From an uncultured delta proteobacterium (GTDB lineage: Bacteria > Desulfobacterota > Syntrophia > Syntrophales > Smithellaceae), in contig CAVWEH010000005.1 in assembly GCA_963753975.1 (NCBI GenBank), forward strand, positions 128,001-192,000: DNA of 64,000 nucleotides. The letters are read 5' to 3'. This document shows positions 31,804 to 41,267 of the stretch, one piece after another. Positions within the stretch are counted from its first letter, which is position 1. Every line of letters starts with the position of its first letter. The position numbers were made by a program, and so were the translations under genes. The notes beneath the pieces were generated by a model. The model was not told the origin of the DNA. It did no database searches and worked only from the letters and a program-made list of their open reading frames with translations.

Positions 31804-34800
31804 TTAGAGGATTATATTACGCGATTCTTCCGATGCGCATTCGTGCTTTCCGGAATAGACTGTCCCGCTCCAACCATCTATGCACACGAAATCTCCGGCG
31901 GTGATTTTGCAGCTATCCACTGACGCAAAACCGGCGGTTTCGTAAACTTTGAGTTTACTGAATCCGACAACGCCGACTTTGTTGAGTTGAGGAATTGTAA
32001 CGGCGGCGTGCGAAGTACCTCCCCCTCTTGCCGTCAAGAGCCCATCGACCTGCAAAAGCACGCCGACATCATCAGGAACGGTATCGCGACGAATCAAAAT
32101 GAGCGGTGTTTTCGGCTCGGCTGAGCGAAAATGCTTAATGTCCGCTTCAGAGTAAACCGCCCTGCCGCAAAGAGCGCCACCGCTTACCCCTATACCTGTT
32201 CCCAACACGGAAGACTGTAAAACCTCGGTATCTATAAAGCGCTTCAATCTTTTTGCCGTTATTTGATCCATATCCCGTGTTTGCAGGATATATAACCTGT
32301 CCCTGCTTGTACCTTCAAAGGTAAATTCTATTTCCTGATGGTTAAGGCCTTTCTCATAAATCAAAATTTCAGAAATTTTTATCAGTTCATCGTAAATCTC
32401 CGGAAATTTAGCTTCCAGAGATATTTCCATGTCTTTGCGTTCTGCTAAACGCTGTTTTTCCGAAATAGGATAAGTTTCCACCAGGCCGGAAACAATATCG
32501 TCCCCCTGAACACCAAATATAAAATCTCCATAAATGGTCACCGCGGATGACGAGCTTTTAGGTTCGCGGGTAAAAATAACGCCCGATCCCGAGTGCTCAT
32601 TGAGATTTCCAAAAACCATCGTCTGGACAATTACCGCTGTTCCCCATTTATCCGAAAGATGCATCTGGTGACGATAAATTTTCGCCTGCTCGGAATACCA
32701 GGAGTCAAAAACTTTGAGAATAGCGTGCCGTAACTGTTCCAGGGGATCGTCTTTAAGCACGATACCACTATTTAATATGCCTTTCTTATACGTAAGAGCT
32801 ATCTGTTTCATTTGACCGGGAGAAAACCGCAGCTTTCTTTCCACGCCGTATTTTTGCTTGAATCCGTCTATTATCGCATCGAAAAAATCCCGGTTTAATC
32901 CCTGATACATACCCCATGTCTGCAAAAACCGCCGATATGAATCCCATGCCGCCCATTGAAAATCTTCTTTAGCGCTGAGATTTTCGGCAATCGTTTCGTT
33001 AATCCCAACATTTAAAAAAGAATTCATCATACCCGGCAGAGAAACAGTGGCACCGCTTCTTACCGATAACAGCAGAGGGTTGTGCGGATCACCGAATTTG
33101 CGCCCGGTCATTTTCTCTAATGTGGATATTTCTCTATTTATCCTGGCGGCAAGATCGTTAAATATATACTTATAGCCGATAACGGCATCATAACCTCTGA
33201 ATACTTCCGTGGTGATGATAAATCCGGGGGGCACATGAAAACCAAAAGATACCAGCTCTTTGAGGAAATATCCCTTGTTCCCGAGAAGGATCTGATTATC
33301 AACCCGTTTATTCTTCTTATAGAAGGAGGAAACAGCAAGTTCCGGATTATAGGACATGACCAGTTTAAGAATCTGTTTATTGTCTTTAAATCTTTCCAGC
33401 TCCTCATTAAGGGTATTGATGACCGCGTTAACGAAATTGTCCAACACTTGAAGACCGAAGGCGGAGGATATTATCCCTCTGATGAAATTTTCCGATTGTT
33501 GGTACACGGTTTCTTCATGATTTTGAATTTCGTCTTTTGTATCGGCCTCAGTTTTTTGCCGGGTAATTTGCCCGATAATAACAGGCAGGTTGGAGCTGTG
33601 AGCGTCTATGTAATAATCACGGATAATATCCTGTATGCCCTTGGCGATAAAGCGGAAGATATCGACATATTGTTCGATAGAAAACTGCTTGATGGCCAAG
33701 GCGCTGGTTACGTATTTGACTTTGGCCACCAAACCTTCCGTAGAAATTCCTTCCAACTCCAGAGCGCTGATATAGAGCCACAAATAGGCGTGAATCTTGA
33801 CGATGGTGCGTTTAGTAATGAATTTGAGGTTTAGCGACCGGGCCAGCTCCTCTAGAAGCATCGTGGCCAGGCTCTCCAAGCGGAGCGAAAGGCCGAGAGC
33901 GTCAAATTTCTCTTCATTGTAGGTCCCATACATCGACGGTATTCCTGCCGCAATGTGCCTTTTGTAATATATGTTTTCAAAAGGTTGGGTTTTTTGGCCA
34001 GAGAGAATCTTTTCCTTCAATACGGATAAAAATTTCATTATGATTGTAAGACTTTTGTAGTTATTTCTTGCGCCCAGAGCGCGTTTCAGCGCCATGATCT
34101 CGGATTTCTGGAAAGGATGAACCGATTCCAGGTCTTTCAATAAATCGACATACAGGGGAAAATATTTTTTATAAAGAAGCTGATAAATGCGGATCATGAG
34201 CCGGGTGCGCTCTTTATCTCTTTTATTAATGCCTTTGACATTATTGATCTCTTTTTGAACCTTTGCTTGATCCCATTCGATCAATTTCCGTGGATTATCC
34301 TGAGCCGGCGAAAGCAAATATTTAAAGGCTTTGTGCATTCCGTCAAAATATTCCCCGGAGTTTACTACTTGTTCAAACACCTCGTCAGGAAGATGTTTGC
34401 GGACAAATTCCTTTTCGCCGGAAAACCAGTATTGGAAAATGTTTTCCATAAATTCCACAAGGAGGCTGTTACTCTCTACGTGGGATTGTTTGCGCAGAAA
34501 GTTGATCAGTTTATCGTTACGGTAAGAAAGTTCGTCCACTTCGGTGGAAATGTCCCGCAATTCGCCTTCGGCGCCGATTTCGCTGAAATAAACAGGGAAT
34601 ATTCTGAGGAGCTGTTTTATCAGATTGTATGCCGAAGCTATATCGGAATTGAGCAGGGCGGAAATATCCTTTTGCAGGAGGTCTGTATCCCGCACAAAAA
34701 TTCCCCCGATATTTAGATTGATAATCAGGGCGGAAACGAGCTTCTTTGTCCAGCGGGGTTTCATCGCGATAATCTCGAGCCATGATCTTATGTTGACAAT

Positions 34801-36042
34801 ATGCGTCGGATTGACCTGCACCTGCCATTCGGTCGTCGTCCCTTTAACTTCCGGATATTGAAAACCGTAAGAAATAAGTTCGTCAATAAATGTATCCGCA
34901 AGGGAGTGAGAGTTTTGATCGAATACTTCCTTAGCCGTCGTCGTGATGCAATCGATAATGGAGCCCCGGTATTCATATTGCGATCTGCTCTTTTTCAGAA
35001 AGCCGAATACCTTGCGCACAAAATCGTTGAGGTTTTCCTTTTTTTCCTGCTGAAAGACTAATTTCAGACAACGGTTTATTTCTCGCAGAGCGCTGCCGTG
35101 GATATCGGAAAGACCGGGTACGCCCATGATACTGAACAGAAAGTCCAGTTTCACCAGATACTGGCGTCCCTGATAAGCCGGGAATTTCTCCAATTGATCG
35201 GCAACTAAAAAATATCCGTTTACTATTTGAAAGTAATCCGGCAAATCAAGGTAATCCTTCGTTTGCAGAGCGCCTTTCTTTTGTCTGTCCGGATGAAGAG
35301 TTTCCATCTTCGTAAGCAGCATCTGAATATGCCGGTGGCTCAGGGGCTCAATAATTTGCCTGTAAGCATCAGCCGCTTCCCCGGTTTCTCCCCCGCCTTT
35401 CGTATACCATCCGGAAGGATCAGGCTGGGTAAGCCAGAATTGGTATGTAATTTTGAACATCTTATAGAGTAAAAGATCGAATATTTCAGCGTGAAGAGGC
35501 GTGTCATTTTCTAGCAGGAACTTGACGGTTCTTTTGAGGTAAGCCGAGCATTTCTTGAATATGGCTGCATCCTCATCCGATATTCTGATCAGCGATTCTA
35601 TGATCTCGGAAAACAGGGCTAGGTTTCTGGAAATAAATTCGTTGCTTTGAGAAATTATCGTGTCAATATAATCGAAAAGATAGTGTATCGCGCTGTCTCT
35701 GATCTCATCGCTTGAAGAAAATTTAATAACATCGAAGTATATCTTAAGTAATATGGAAAGGGCGGATAGTCCGTCTTTATGCCTGTTGTACTCGTAGAAA
35801 TCGCCGATGGAAAGGGATTTCAGCTCCTGGAGAACATATTCCCAGTTAACGAAAGGATGGTTTAACTCTGTCAGCAGTTCCCGTGTTTTTTTCTGCAGGC
35901 CGTAATGCTCTTCTACAACTTTAAGCAGAGGGGCATACTGTTTGGGTATTTCTATGGCTACTGCCGTCCTCTCCAAATTCACCTTAAGAGCGGACGAAAC
36001 CCAGCCTTCATTTTTTTCAATGGTGCTATTTTTCGCCTTCAT
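31804..36042 (-). CDS. PPDK-like dikinase: large N-terminal domain, ATP-grasp and phospho-His domain, no pyruvate barrel
   Basis: LGNKG, VPPGFIITT, LLSVRSGA, QTMVFGN, GVQGDDIVSG, ILQTR and GGGTSHAAV; ends right after the His domain. Confidence 0.82.
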   Translation of the reverse strand: MKAKNSTIEKNEGWVSSALKVNLERTAVAIEIPKQYAPLLKVVEEHYGLQKKTRELLTELNHPFVNWEYVLQELKSLSIGDFYEYNRHKDGLSALSILLKIYFDVIKFSSSDEIRDSAIHYLFDYIDTIISQSNEFISRNLALFSEIIESLIRISDEDAAIFKKCSAYLKRTVKFLLENDTPLHAEIFDLLLYKMFKITYQFWLTQPDPSGWYTKGGGETGEAADAYRQIIEPLSHRHIQMLLTKMETLHPDRQKKGALQTKDYLDLPDYFQIVNGYFLVADQLEKFPAYQGRQYLVKLDFLFSIMGVPGLSDIHGSALREINRCLKLVFQQEKKENLNDFVRKVFGFLKKSRSQYEYRGSIIDCITTTAKEVFDQNSHSLADTFIDELISYGFQYPEVKGTTTEWQVQVNPTHIVNIRSWLEIIAMKPRWTKKLVSALIINLNIGGIFVRDTDLLQKDISALLNSDIASAYNLIKQLLRIFPVYFSEIGAEGELRDISTEVDELSYRNDKLINFLRKQSHVESNSLLVEFMENIFQYWFSGEKEFVRKHLPDEVFEQVVNSGEYFDGMHKAFKYLLSPAQDNPRKLIEWDQAKVQKEINNVKGINKRDKERTRLMIRIYQLLYKKYFPLYVDLLKDLESVHPFQKSEIMALKRALGARNNYKSLTIIMKFLSVLKEKILSGQKTQPFENIYYKRHIAAGIPSMYGTYNEEKFDALGLSLRLESLATMLLEELARSLNLKFITKRTIVKIHAYLWLYISALELEGISTEGLVAKVKYVTSALAIKQFSIEQYVDIFRFIAKGIQDIIRDYYIDAHSSNLPVIIGQITRQKTEADTKDEIQNHEETVYQQSENFIRGIISSAFGLQVLDNFVNAVINTLNEELERFKDNKQILKLVMSYNPELAVSSFYKKNKRVDNQILLGNKGYFLKELVSFGFHVPPGFIITTEVFRGYDAVIGYKYIFNDLAARINREISTLEKMTGRKFGDPHNPLLLSVRSGATVSLPGMMNSFLNVGINETIAENLSAKEDFQWAAWDSYRRFLQTWGMYQGLNRDFFDAIIDGFKQKYGVERKLRFSPGQMKQIALTYKKGILNSGIVLKDDPLEQLRHAILKVFDSWYSEQAKIYRHQMHLSDKWGTAVIVQTMVFGNLNEHSGSGVIFTREPKSSSSAVTIYGDFIFGVQGDDIVSGLVETYPISEKQRLAERKDMEISLEAKFPEIYDELIKISEILIYEKGLNHQEIEFTFEGTSRDRLYILQTRDMDQITAKRLKRFIDTEVLQSSVLGTGIGVSGGALCGRAVYSEADIKHFRSAEPKTPLILIRRDTVPDDVGVLLQVDGLLTARGGGTSHAAVTIPQLNKVGVVGFSKLKVYETAGFASVDSCKITAGDFVCIDGWSGTVYSGKHECASEESRNIIL

Positions 36043-36232
36043 GCGGAAATCAATCCTCTAAATGATATTAATCAGAATTCTTACAACATTTCAAGCCCAG
36101 AACTCATCTAGCGACATAGCATTAGAAACATCGTCCGTTTATTCCCTGAACAAATCCGGTAACGGCATTGAGTATCTAGATAAGATTCCTGCTAATTATT
36201 TTATCCAAAATTTAATTTCTGCAAATTTTTTA

Positions 36233-36268
36233 TTGACAAATGCAAATATAGTTGTATCATACAACTAT
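36233..36268 (+). promoter_or_regulatory. Promoter and palindromic MarR operator of the hgc operon
   Basis: TTGACA(36233)-16 bp-TATCAT(36255); perfect inverted repeat ATAGTTGTAT-C-ATACAACTAT (36248-36268) covers the -10 and the start codon. Confidence 0.75.
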
Positions 36269-36746
36269 GACCAAAGAGATAAATGTAAATTATACTCAAT
36301 TAATGGAATTATTCACCGGCCTTTCCCAGGTGACCCGCTGCTGCCGTCAGGATGAGGCTTTTTGCGAAGACGTGACGTTTCACCAGTTTATGATATTGGA
36401 CGCAGTGGCAAAGCACAAAGAACTGAATATGTCCGACTTGCACAAGCATCTTTCCGTCGAAAAAAGTACGACCACCAGACTAGTCACCCCCTTGATTAAA
36501 AAAGGTCTTTTACAACGTGATCAGGCCCCACACGATTCCCGAGCAGTGACGCTTACTTTGACAAAGGAAGGCAGAGATGTCCACAAAAAAGTCTCGTTGT
36601 GTCTGAGTGATTTTTTCCGCAAGGTTATGGGCAATATTCCGGAGAAAAAAGCGGATGTTGTTTTGGAATCCGTTAAGACTTTTATTACGGCTATAAAAAA
36701 TTATGCACGAGAATGCAGTTGCTGCAAATCACGCGGGTTAGGTTAG
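36267..36746 (+). CDS. Cys-rich MarR family transcriptional regulator
   Basis: wHTH KSTTTRLV..L.KKG and DSRAVTLTLT.EG; Cys motifs RCCRQDEAFC and ECSCC. Confidence 0.88.
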   Translation: MTKEINVNYTQLMELFTGLSQVTRCCRQDEAFCEDVTFHQFMILDAVAKHKELNMSDLHKHLSVEKSTTTRLVTPLIKKGLLQRDQAPHDSRAVTLTLTKEGRDVHKKVSLCLSDFFRKVMGNIPEKKADVVLESVKTFITAIKNYARECSCCKSRGLG

Positions 36747-36750
36747 CGCT

Positions 36751-37905
36751 ATGGACAAAATTGAAAATAGTTCCCGAGATATGATTACACTGCCGGTAAT
36801 TATGCCGGAGTCAACATGTTGTGTCACCGCACAAACGGCTCAGTATCCTCTTCCTCGCTTGAATCAAGCTTTTATCACCGGTTCTATCTCCACAGCTGCA
36901 GGCAACCTGCCCAGAGTATCTTCAACCTTGAGTTGGCAGGATCATTGGAGAAGCATTAAAGCCCGCTGGGGAGTCGACAGAATGGATTATGCTGTTGACC
37001 CCGGTCTTTATGCTCTTGGTAATCCCGATAGCAATTCCCCTGTTTTAGTTACCGCCAATTACAAAATGAGTTTTGACCGCTTGCGGGAAGCTCTGCCGGG
37101 CAGAAATACATGGATTCTGGTGCTGGACACAAAAGGAATAAACGTCTGGTGCGCCGCGGGAAAAGGTACATTCGGTACGGACGAATTAATCAAAAAAATA
37201 GAATCAAGCAGACTGAAAGATATTGTCAGCCACAGAAAATTAATTATTCCTCAGTTGGGAGCGCCCGGAGTAGCCGCTCACAAAATAAAACAGGTCTCCG
37301 GATTTAAAGTCTATTACGGTCCGATACGGGCAGCCGACGTGCCAGCTTATCTTGATGCCGGACTTATTGCCAGCTCTGAAATGCGGATAATGACATTCCC
37401 CTTAAGAGAAAGAGTCGTCCTGATTCCCATCGAGCTTATAGAAACGATAAAACCTTTTTTAATCATCGCGCCCATTTTGTTTTTACTTGGCGGTATAGGA
37501 GGCCACTCGGGCTTCTGGGTAAACACATTGAATTATGGTTTGTTTGCCGTTTTAGCATTTTTAAGCGCTATTTTGGGAGGAGTTGTTATAAATCCACTTC
37601 TTCTGCCTTATCTTCCCGGGCGCGCGTTTTCCATAAAAGGTTTTTCCATTGGTGTAGTTATCGCCCTTATTCTTCTTTACTTACGCGATATTAATTTACA
37701 GGCATGGCCTGGCAGAATCGAGGCTTTGGCCTGGCTAATGATAATTCCAGCCATATCTGCATACCTGGCAATGAATTTTACCGGAGCCTCAACTTACACT
37801 TCTCTCTCCGGTGTCAAGAAAGAAATGCGCTGGGCATTGCCGCTGGAAATAGCCGCGAGTGCTTGCGGCCTCTTAATATGGATAACATCACGCATAATTG
37901 CCTAG
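36751..37905 (+). CDS. hgcA: Mercury methylation corrinoid protein HgcA
   Basis: Diagnostic cap helix NVWCAAGKG, TANYKMSFD and PQLGAPGV; C-terminal TMs with MNFTGASTYTS.SGVKKE. Confidence 0.97.
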   Translation: MDKIENSSRDMITLPVIMPESTCCVTAQTAQYPLPRLNQAFITGSISTAAGNLPRVSSTLSWQDHWRSIKARWGVDRMDYAVDPGLYALGNPDSNSPVLVTANYKMSFDRLREALPGRNTWILVLDTKGINVWCAAGKGTFGTDELIKKIESSRLKDIVSHRKLIIPQLGAPGVAAHKIKQVSGFKVYYGPIRAADVPAYLDAGLIASSEMRIMTFPLRERVVLIPIELIETIKPFLIIAPILFLLGGIGGHSGFWVNTLNYGLFAVLAFLSAILGGVVINPLLLPYLPGRAFSIKGFSIGVVIALILLYLRDINLQAWPGRIEALAWLMIIPAISAYLAMNFTGASTYTSLSGVKKEMRWALPLEIAASACGLLIWITSRIIA

Positions 37906-37915
37906 GAATTTAAAA

Positions 37916-38246
37916 ATGAAAAATTCGCTTTACCTGAAAAATGTCGTTACCCTGAAGCTTAATGAAGATAAATGTACCGGCTGTGGCATGTGTCTGGACT
38001 GTTTGTCCTCATAAAGTTTTTAAAATGAATGAAAAGCACGTGATCATTCAAAACCGAGACGCCTGTATGGAATGCGGCGCGTGCAGTAAAAATTGTCCGG
38101 CTGATGCTATTTTCGTCCAATCCGGTGTCGGCTGTGCTGCCGCCGTTATCAATTCCCTGCTGGGGCGTAGCAGCGGTGAGTGTTGCTGCGGCACTGAACC
38201 CGTGGGCGCGACAACCGATAAACGCAGCGGATGTTGTTGCGGATAA
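37916..38246 (+). CDS. hgcB: Mercury methylation ferredoxin HgcB, +1 frameshift at about 37995-38000
   Basis: ATG 37916 gives YLKNVVTLKLNEDKCTGCGMC, then a frame change to VCPH...CMECGACSKNCP...SGVGCAAA...CCC. Confidence 0.92.
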
Positions 38247-38279
38247 AATATTTCATGAAATCCTGAATTAAGTTCTCTT

Positions 38280-38999
38280 ATGCAAAAATATTGGGGATAC
38301 GTAATAATTTGGCTTTCGTATATTTTAAGCGGCTCATCGTTGATCGCCTTTGCTGTTTTTCTTTATGCCGGGCGTTTAGATTTGTCCAATCTAGGATTAA
38401 ATGAACATCAGGCGCTTTTGTTTAATGCCGGACTTTCGCTCGCCTTTTTCATTCAGCACAGTGGAATGGTTCGTCGATCATTCCGACAATTTCTATTCCG
38501 GTTTTCGCCGGAAGCATATAACGGCGCCATCTATTCAATCACTTCCGGAATTTTTCTGTTCTTAGTGGTCATTTTCTGGCAGGGAACATCTGTTTTGTTC
38601 GAAGCCGAAGGTATAACCCGCTTCCTCTTGCGTGTAGTTTTTATTTTTTCTATTGCCGGATTTGTCTGGGGAATCAAGGCGCTGGGCTTTTTTGATCCTT
38701 TTGGTATAGAAGCGGTATTAAATCACTGGCCGGACAGAAACCCTCAGCCGGCAGCTTTCACGGTGCGAGGCCCTTACCGCTGGGCACGGCATCCCTTATA
38801 TTTATTTGTATTGGTGATGATTTGGTCATGTCCGCAACTGACTGCGGACAGATTGCTTTTTAATATTTTCTGGTCGGCATGGATTTTTTTCGGCACCCTG
38901 CTGGAAGAACGCGATTTGGTCGAACAATTCGGTGATGCCTATCGAGACTATCAGCAGAAGGTGCCAATGCTTTTTCCGTTTAAATTCATCAAGAAATAA
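38280..38999 (+). CDS. Membrane SAM-dependent methyltransferase (ICMT/NnrU/MddA-like)
   Basis: FFIQHSGMVR, GPYRWARHPLY, EERDL and YRDYQQKVPM motifs; several TMs. Confidence 0.78.
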   Translation: MQKYWGYVIIWLSYILSGSSLIAFAVFLYAGRLDLSNLGLNEHQALLFNAGLSLAFFIQHSGMVRRSFRQFLFRFSPEAYNGAIYSITSGIFLFLVVIFWQGTSVLFEAEGITRFLLRVVFIFSIAGFVWGIKALGFFDPFGIEAVLNHWPDRNPQPAAFTVRGPYRWARHPLYLFVLVMIWSCPQLTADRLLFNIFWSAWIFFGTLLEERDLVEQFGDAYRDYQQKVPMLFPFKFIKK

Positions 39000-39008
39000 T
39001 CGCCGAAC

Positions 39009-39284
39009 TCAAATGAATGAAACATTATGAGTCACGGATGTAACCAGAAAACAGCGTTCGATGTTCGACTTTGTATCTACCGGCACAACGAAGAATCCCG
39101 GGTGGTTCGGATGGTGGCCATGAGCCGTGCCGACCATTAATTCCCCGTCTTTGAAGACTACCTTGAGCTCGGTCGTACGTAATTCCAACGCTTTGCTGCC
39201 GGGCGCGACATTTGCAGGAAGCAGATGAAAGAGATCCTTGTCGGGGAAGAAGTCGTTAGCGATACACTTCATCATTGACACCAT
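39009..39284 (-). pseudogene. Truncated DUF6982-like hypothetical protein
   Basis: Condensed remnant VVFKDGE.MVG...PGFFVVPVD.KSNIERCF; looks internally deleted. Confidence 0.4.
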
Positions 39285-39343
39285 CGTTTCATTGCCACCT
39301 GCCGCCTAATTCTTTTTCCTGTATCAATATCACAAAAGCTTTT

Positions 39344-40150
39344 TTATTCTTTCGGGGTCATGCAGTTATTGCGTCCCCAACGCTTCGCCGGGTCCTGACG
39401 GTAATATTCTTTAAGCACCCGATAAAGGTCGGGGGCGTGTTTGATCATTAAATGGGGCTGGTCGAAGAACTGCTCGGTGGCCACGGCAAAAAATTCGGCT
39501 TCGCTTGCCGCGCCGTAGGCATTGAGGAAGGATTTTTTACCTCTTTCGGCGTCATGTTTCAGGCGAAGATATTCCCGGGAACATGTTTGTACCCAGTCCC
39601 GGTATTCAGCCCGGTCTCGCAGTGGCGGTGTGCCGTCAGCGGCACCATCCAGCATATCCAGTTTATGGGCAAATTCGTGATAGACAACGTTATGGCCTAA
39701 TTCCGGATGACGGCCGCCATGCAGCGCCGCATCCCAGATGATAATGACAGGCCCTTGTTGAAAAGCTTGCCCGATAATAGGATGGACACCCTCTACGGGT
39801 GCAAGCGGCGTTTCAAAAAAACCAGGTTTACGCCGGGGCGGTACCACTGTAGAAGGATAGACAATGATAGTGAGAACATTTTGATAGTAGTTGTGGGGCA
39901 AGTTCAAAAGCAACAGACATGCCTGCGCGGAAATGGTGACAAGGATTTCATCAGTAAGTGTAAGCCCGCCCGCGCCTTCCCAGAACTTTTCGGCAATAAA
40001 AACCTGGATAAGAGCTTGAAGATGGGCACGTTCGTCATCATTCAACATACAGTAATGGGTAACATTACGCCGAACGATTTCTTCCCAGGCGGGAGGAAAT
40101 GGGACTTGCGTAAGCTTCTTGCGGTGGTGGTCGGTGAGCCAGCGGAACAT
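39344..40150 (-). CDS. mtfA: Zinc-dependent peptidase M90 (MtfA family)
   Basis: NVVYHEFAHKLD, ADGTP and YGAASEAEFFAVATE motifs. Confidence 0.9.
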   Translation of the reverse strand: MFRWLTDHHRKKLTQVPFPPAWEEIVRRNVTHYCMLNDDERAHLQALIQVFIAEKFWEGAGGLTLTDEILVTISAQACLLLLNLPHNYYQNVLTIIVYPSTVVPPRRKPGFFETPLAPVEGVHPIIGQAFQQGPVIIIWDAALHGGRHPELGHNVVYHEFAHKLDMLDGAADGTPPLRDRAEYRDWVQTCSREYLRLKHDAERGKKSFLNAYGAASEAEFFAVATEQFFDQPHLMIKHAPDLYRVLKEYYRQDPAKRWGRNNCMTPKE

Positions 40151-40168
40151 CGAGATTCCTTCTATCGT

Positions 40169-40561
40169 TTATTTTCGTTCCACGAATTCTACAATATTGC
40201 CATCCGGATCCTTGACCATTGCAATGCGCACACCGGGCCGGATCTCTTTTTCCGGCACTGTAAATTCTATGCCTCTTTTTTGGAGATCATCGCATAGCTC
40301 AGAGAGATTCTCTATTACAAAGGTCACATAACGAAACCCGATTTGCTTTTCTAAACCAATGGCTCCGCGGGGAGGAAGCGCCTTTGGTTCAACCAATTTG
40401 AAGTCGCTTGTACCGAATCTAAGCCGGTGCATTGTGCCAAACCATAGAGGAGTTGTACCAACAAACGTAAGCCCCAAAATATTTCGATAGAAATTGAGAC
40501 TGGCCTTGATATCACTGACAATCACGCCGACATCCAGAGAATTCTTTGCTGATTTCATCAT
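40169..40561 (-). CDS. VOC/glyoxalase family protein (copy 1)
   Basis: VSDIKASLNFY and KDPDGNIVEF motifs. Confidence 0.85.
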   Translation of the reverse strand: MMKSAKNSLDVGVIVSDIKASLNFYRNILGLTFVGTTPLWFGTMHRLRFGTSDFKLVEPKALPPRGAIGLEKQIGFRYVTFVIENLSELCDDLQKRGIEFTVPEKEIRPGVRIAMVKDPDGNIVEFVERK

Positions 40562-40574
40562 TTTGTTTTATTGT

Positions 40575-41090
40575 GAACCCCCAATTCTAATGAATCTCAG
40601 ATATTATCCCGTTACGGGCTGTCGCGTTTTGGAAAATAGCCTTCGGCTCCTTCCGGAGGTGCTCCATAAACGTAGTGAGTCCCAGATTTTAGAAGCGAAG
40701 CGTACTGAAATCTGTTGGACGAACTATCCCGTAAAGCGGTGGCAGTGCAGTAATATCTGCAAGTTGTAATGAGACCCAAGTTTCAGAAATGTAATGCACT
40801 GAAACTTGTTGGTCGAATTATACCGCATAACTGCGGCAAATTATCCCACGTGCGAAGCTAAGTGGGACTATATTAATGAGACCCGAGCTTCAGAAACAGA
40901 GTGCATAACCTAGAGGTCACGTCACCGCTGAAATTTACCGGCCGAATACAGTGCCCGTGCATGCCATGACGTAACATGACATGCAGACAAATAAAAACAA
41001 TCAAGTACCTTTAGTATCGAAGCTCTCTGGTGCTCTTAGCCAGAGGCTTCAATTATCCTGCATTAGCAAGGGTAACATACCCGTGGGTCC
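40575..41090 (+). repeat. Cluster of nested hairpin repeats
   Basis: Complete units at 40674-40725 and 40768-40819; split units start at about 40589 and about 40876. Confidence 0.75.
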
Positions 41091-41267
41091 TTTCTGATTA
41101 TCACTGTTGCGAATGTAGCATAAAAAGGTGAAATAGAAAAATGAGGATTTTAAAAAATTCTGGCCGACTTCCTCTTGACAAAAAGTTTAAACCATTTTTA
41201 AATGCAATTGGTATGGTTATTCATTACTTTGCCTTATGGAAGAACTTCCACTCACCGGAGATATAAC

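Noticed and set aside
36751..37905. Acetyl-CoA synthase corrinoid subunit (CdhE/AcsC)
   Set aside because: The NVWCAAGK cap helix, C-terminal TM domain and adjacent hgcB identify it as HgcA
40672..40725. Hammerhead-ribozyme-like look (TGAGTCC...GGACGAA) in the repeat units
   Set aside because: The CUGAUGA core and GAAA/UH cleavage context are missing; the flanks simply pair (AGT/ACT, AAT/ATT) around tandem GA
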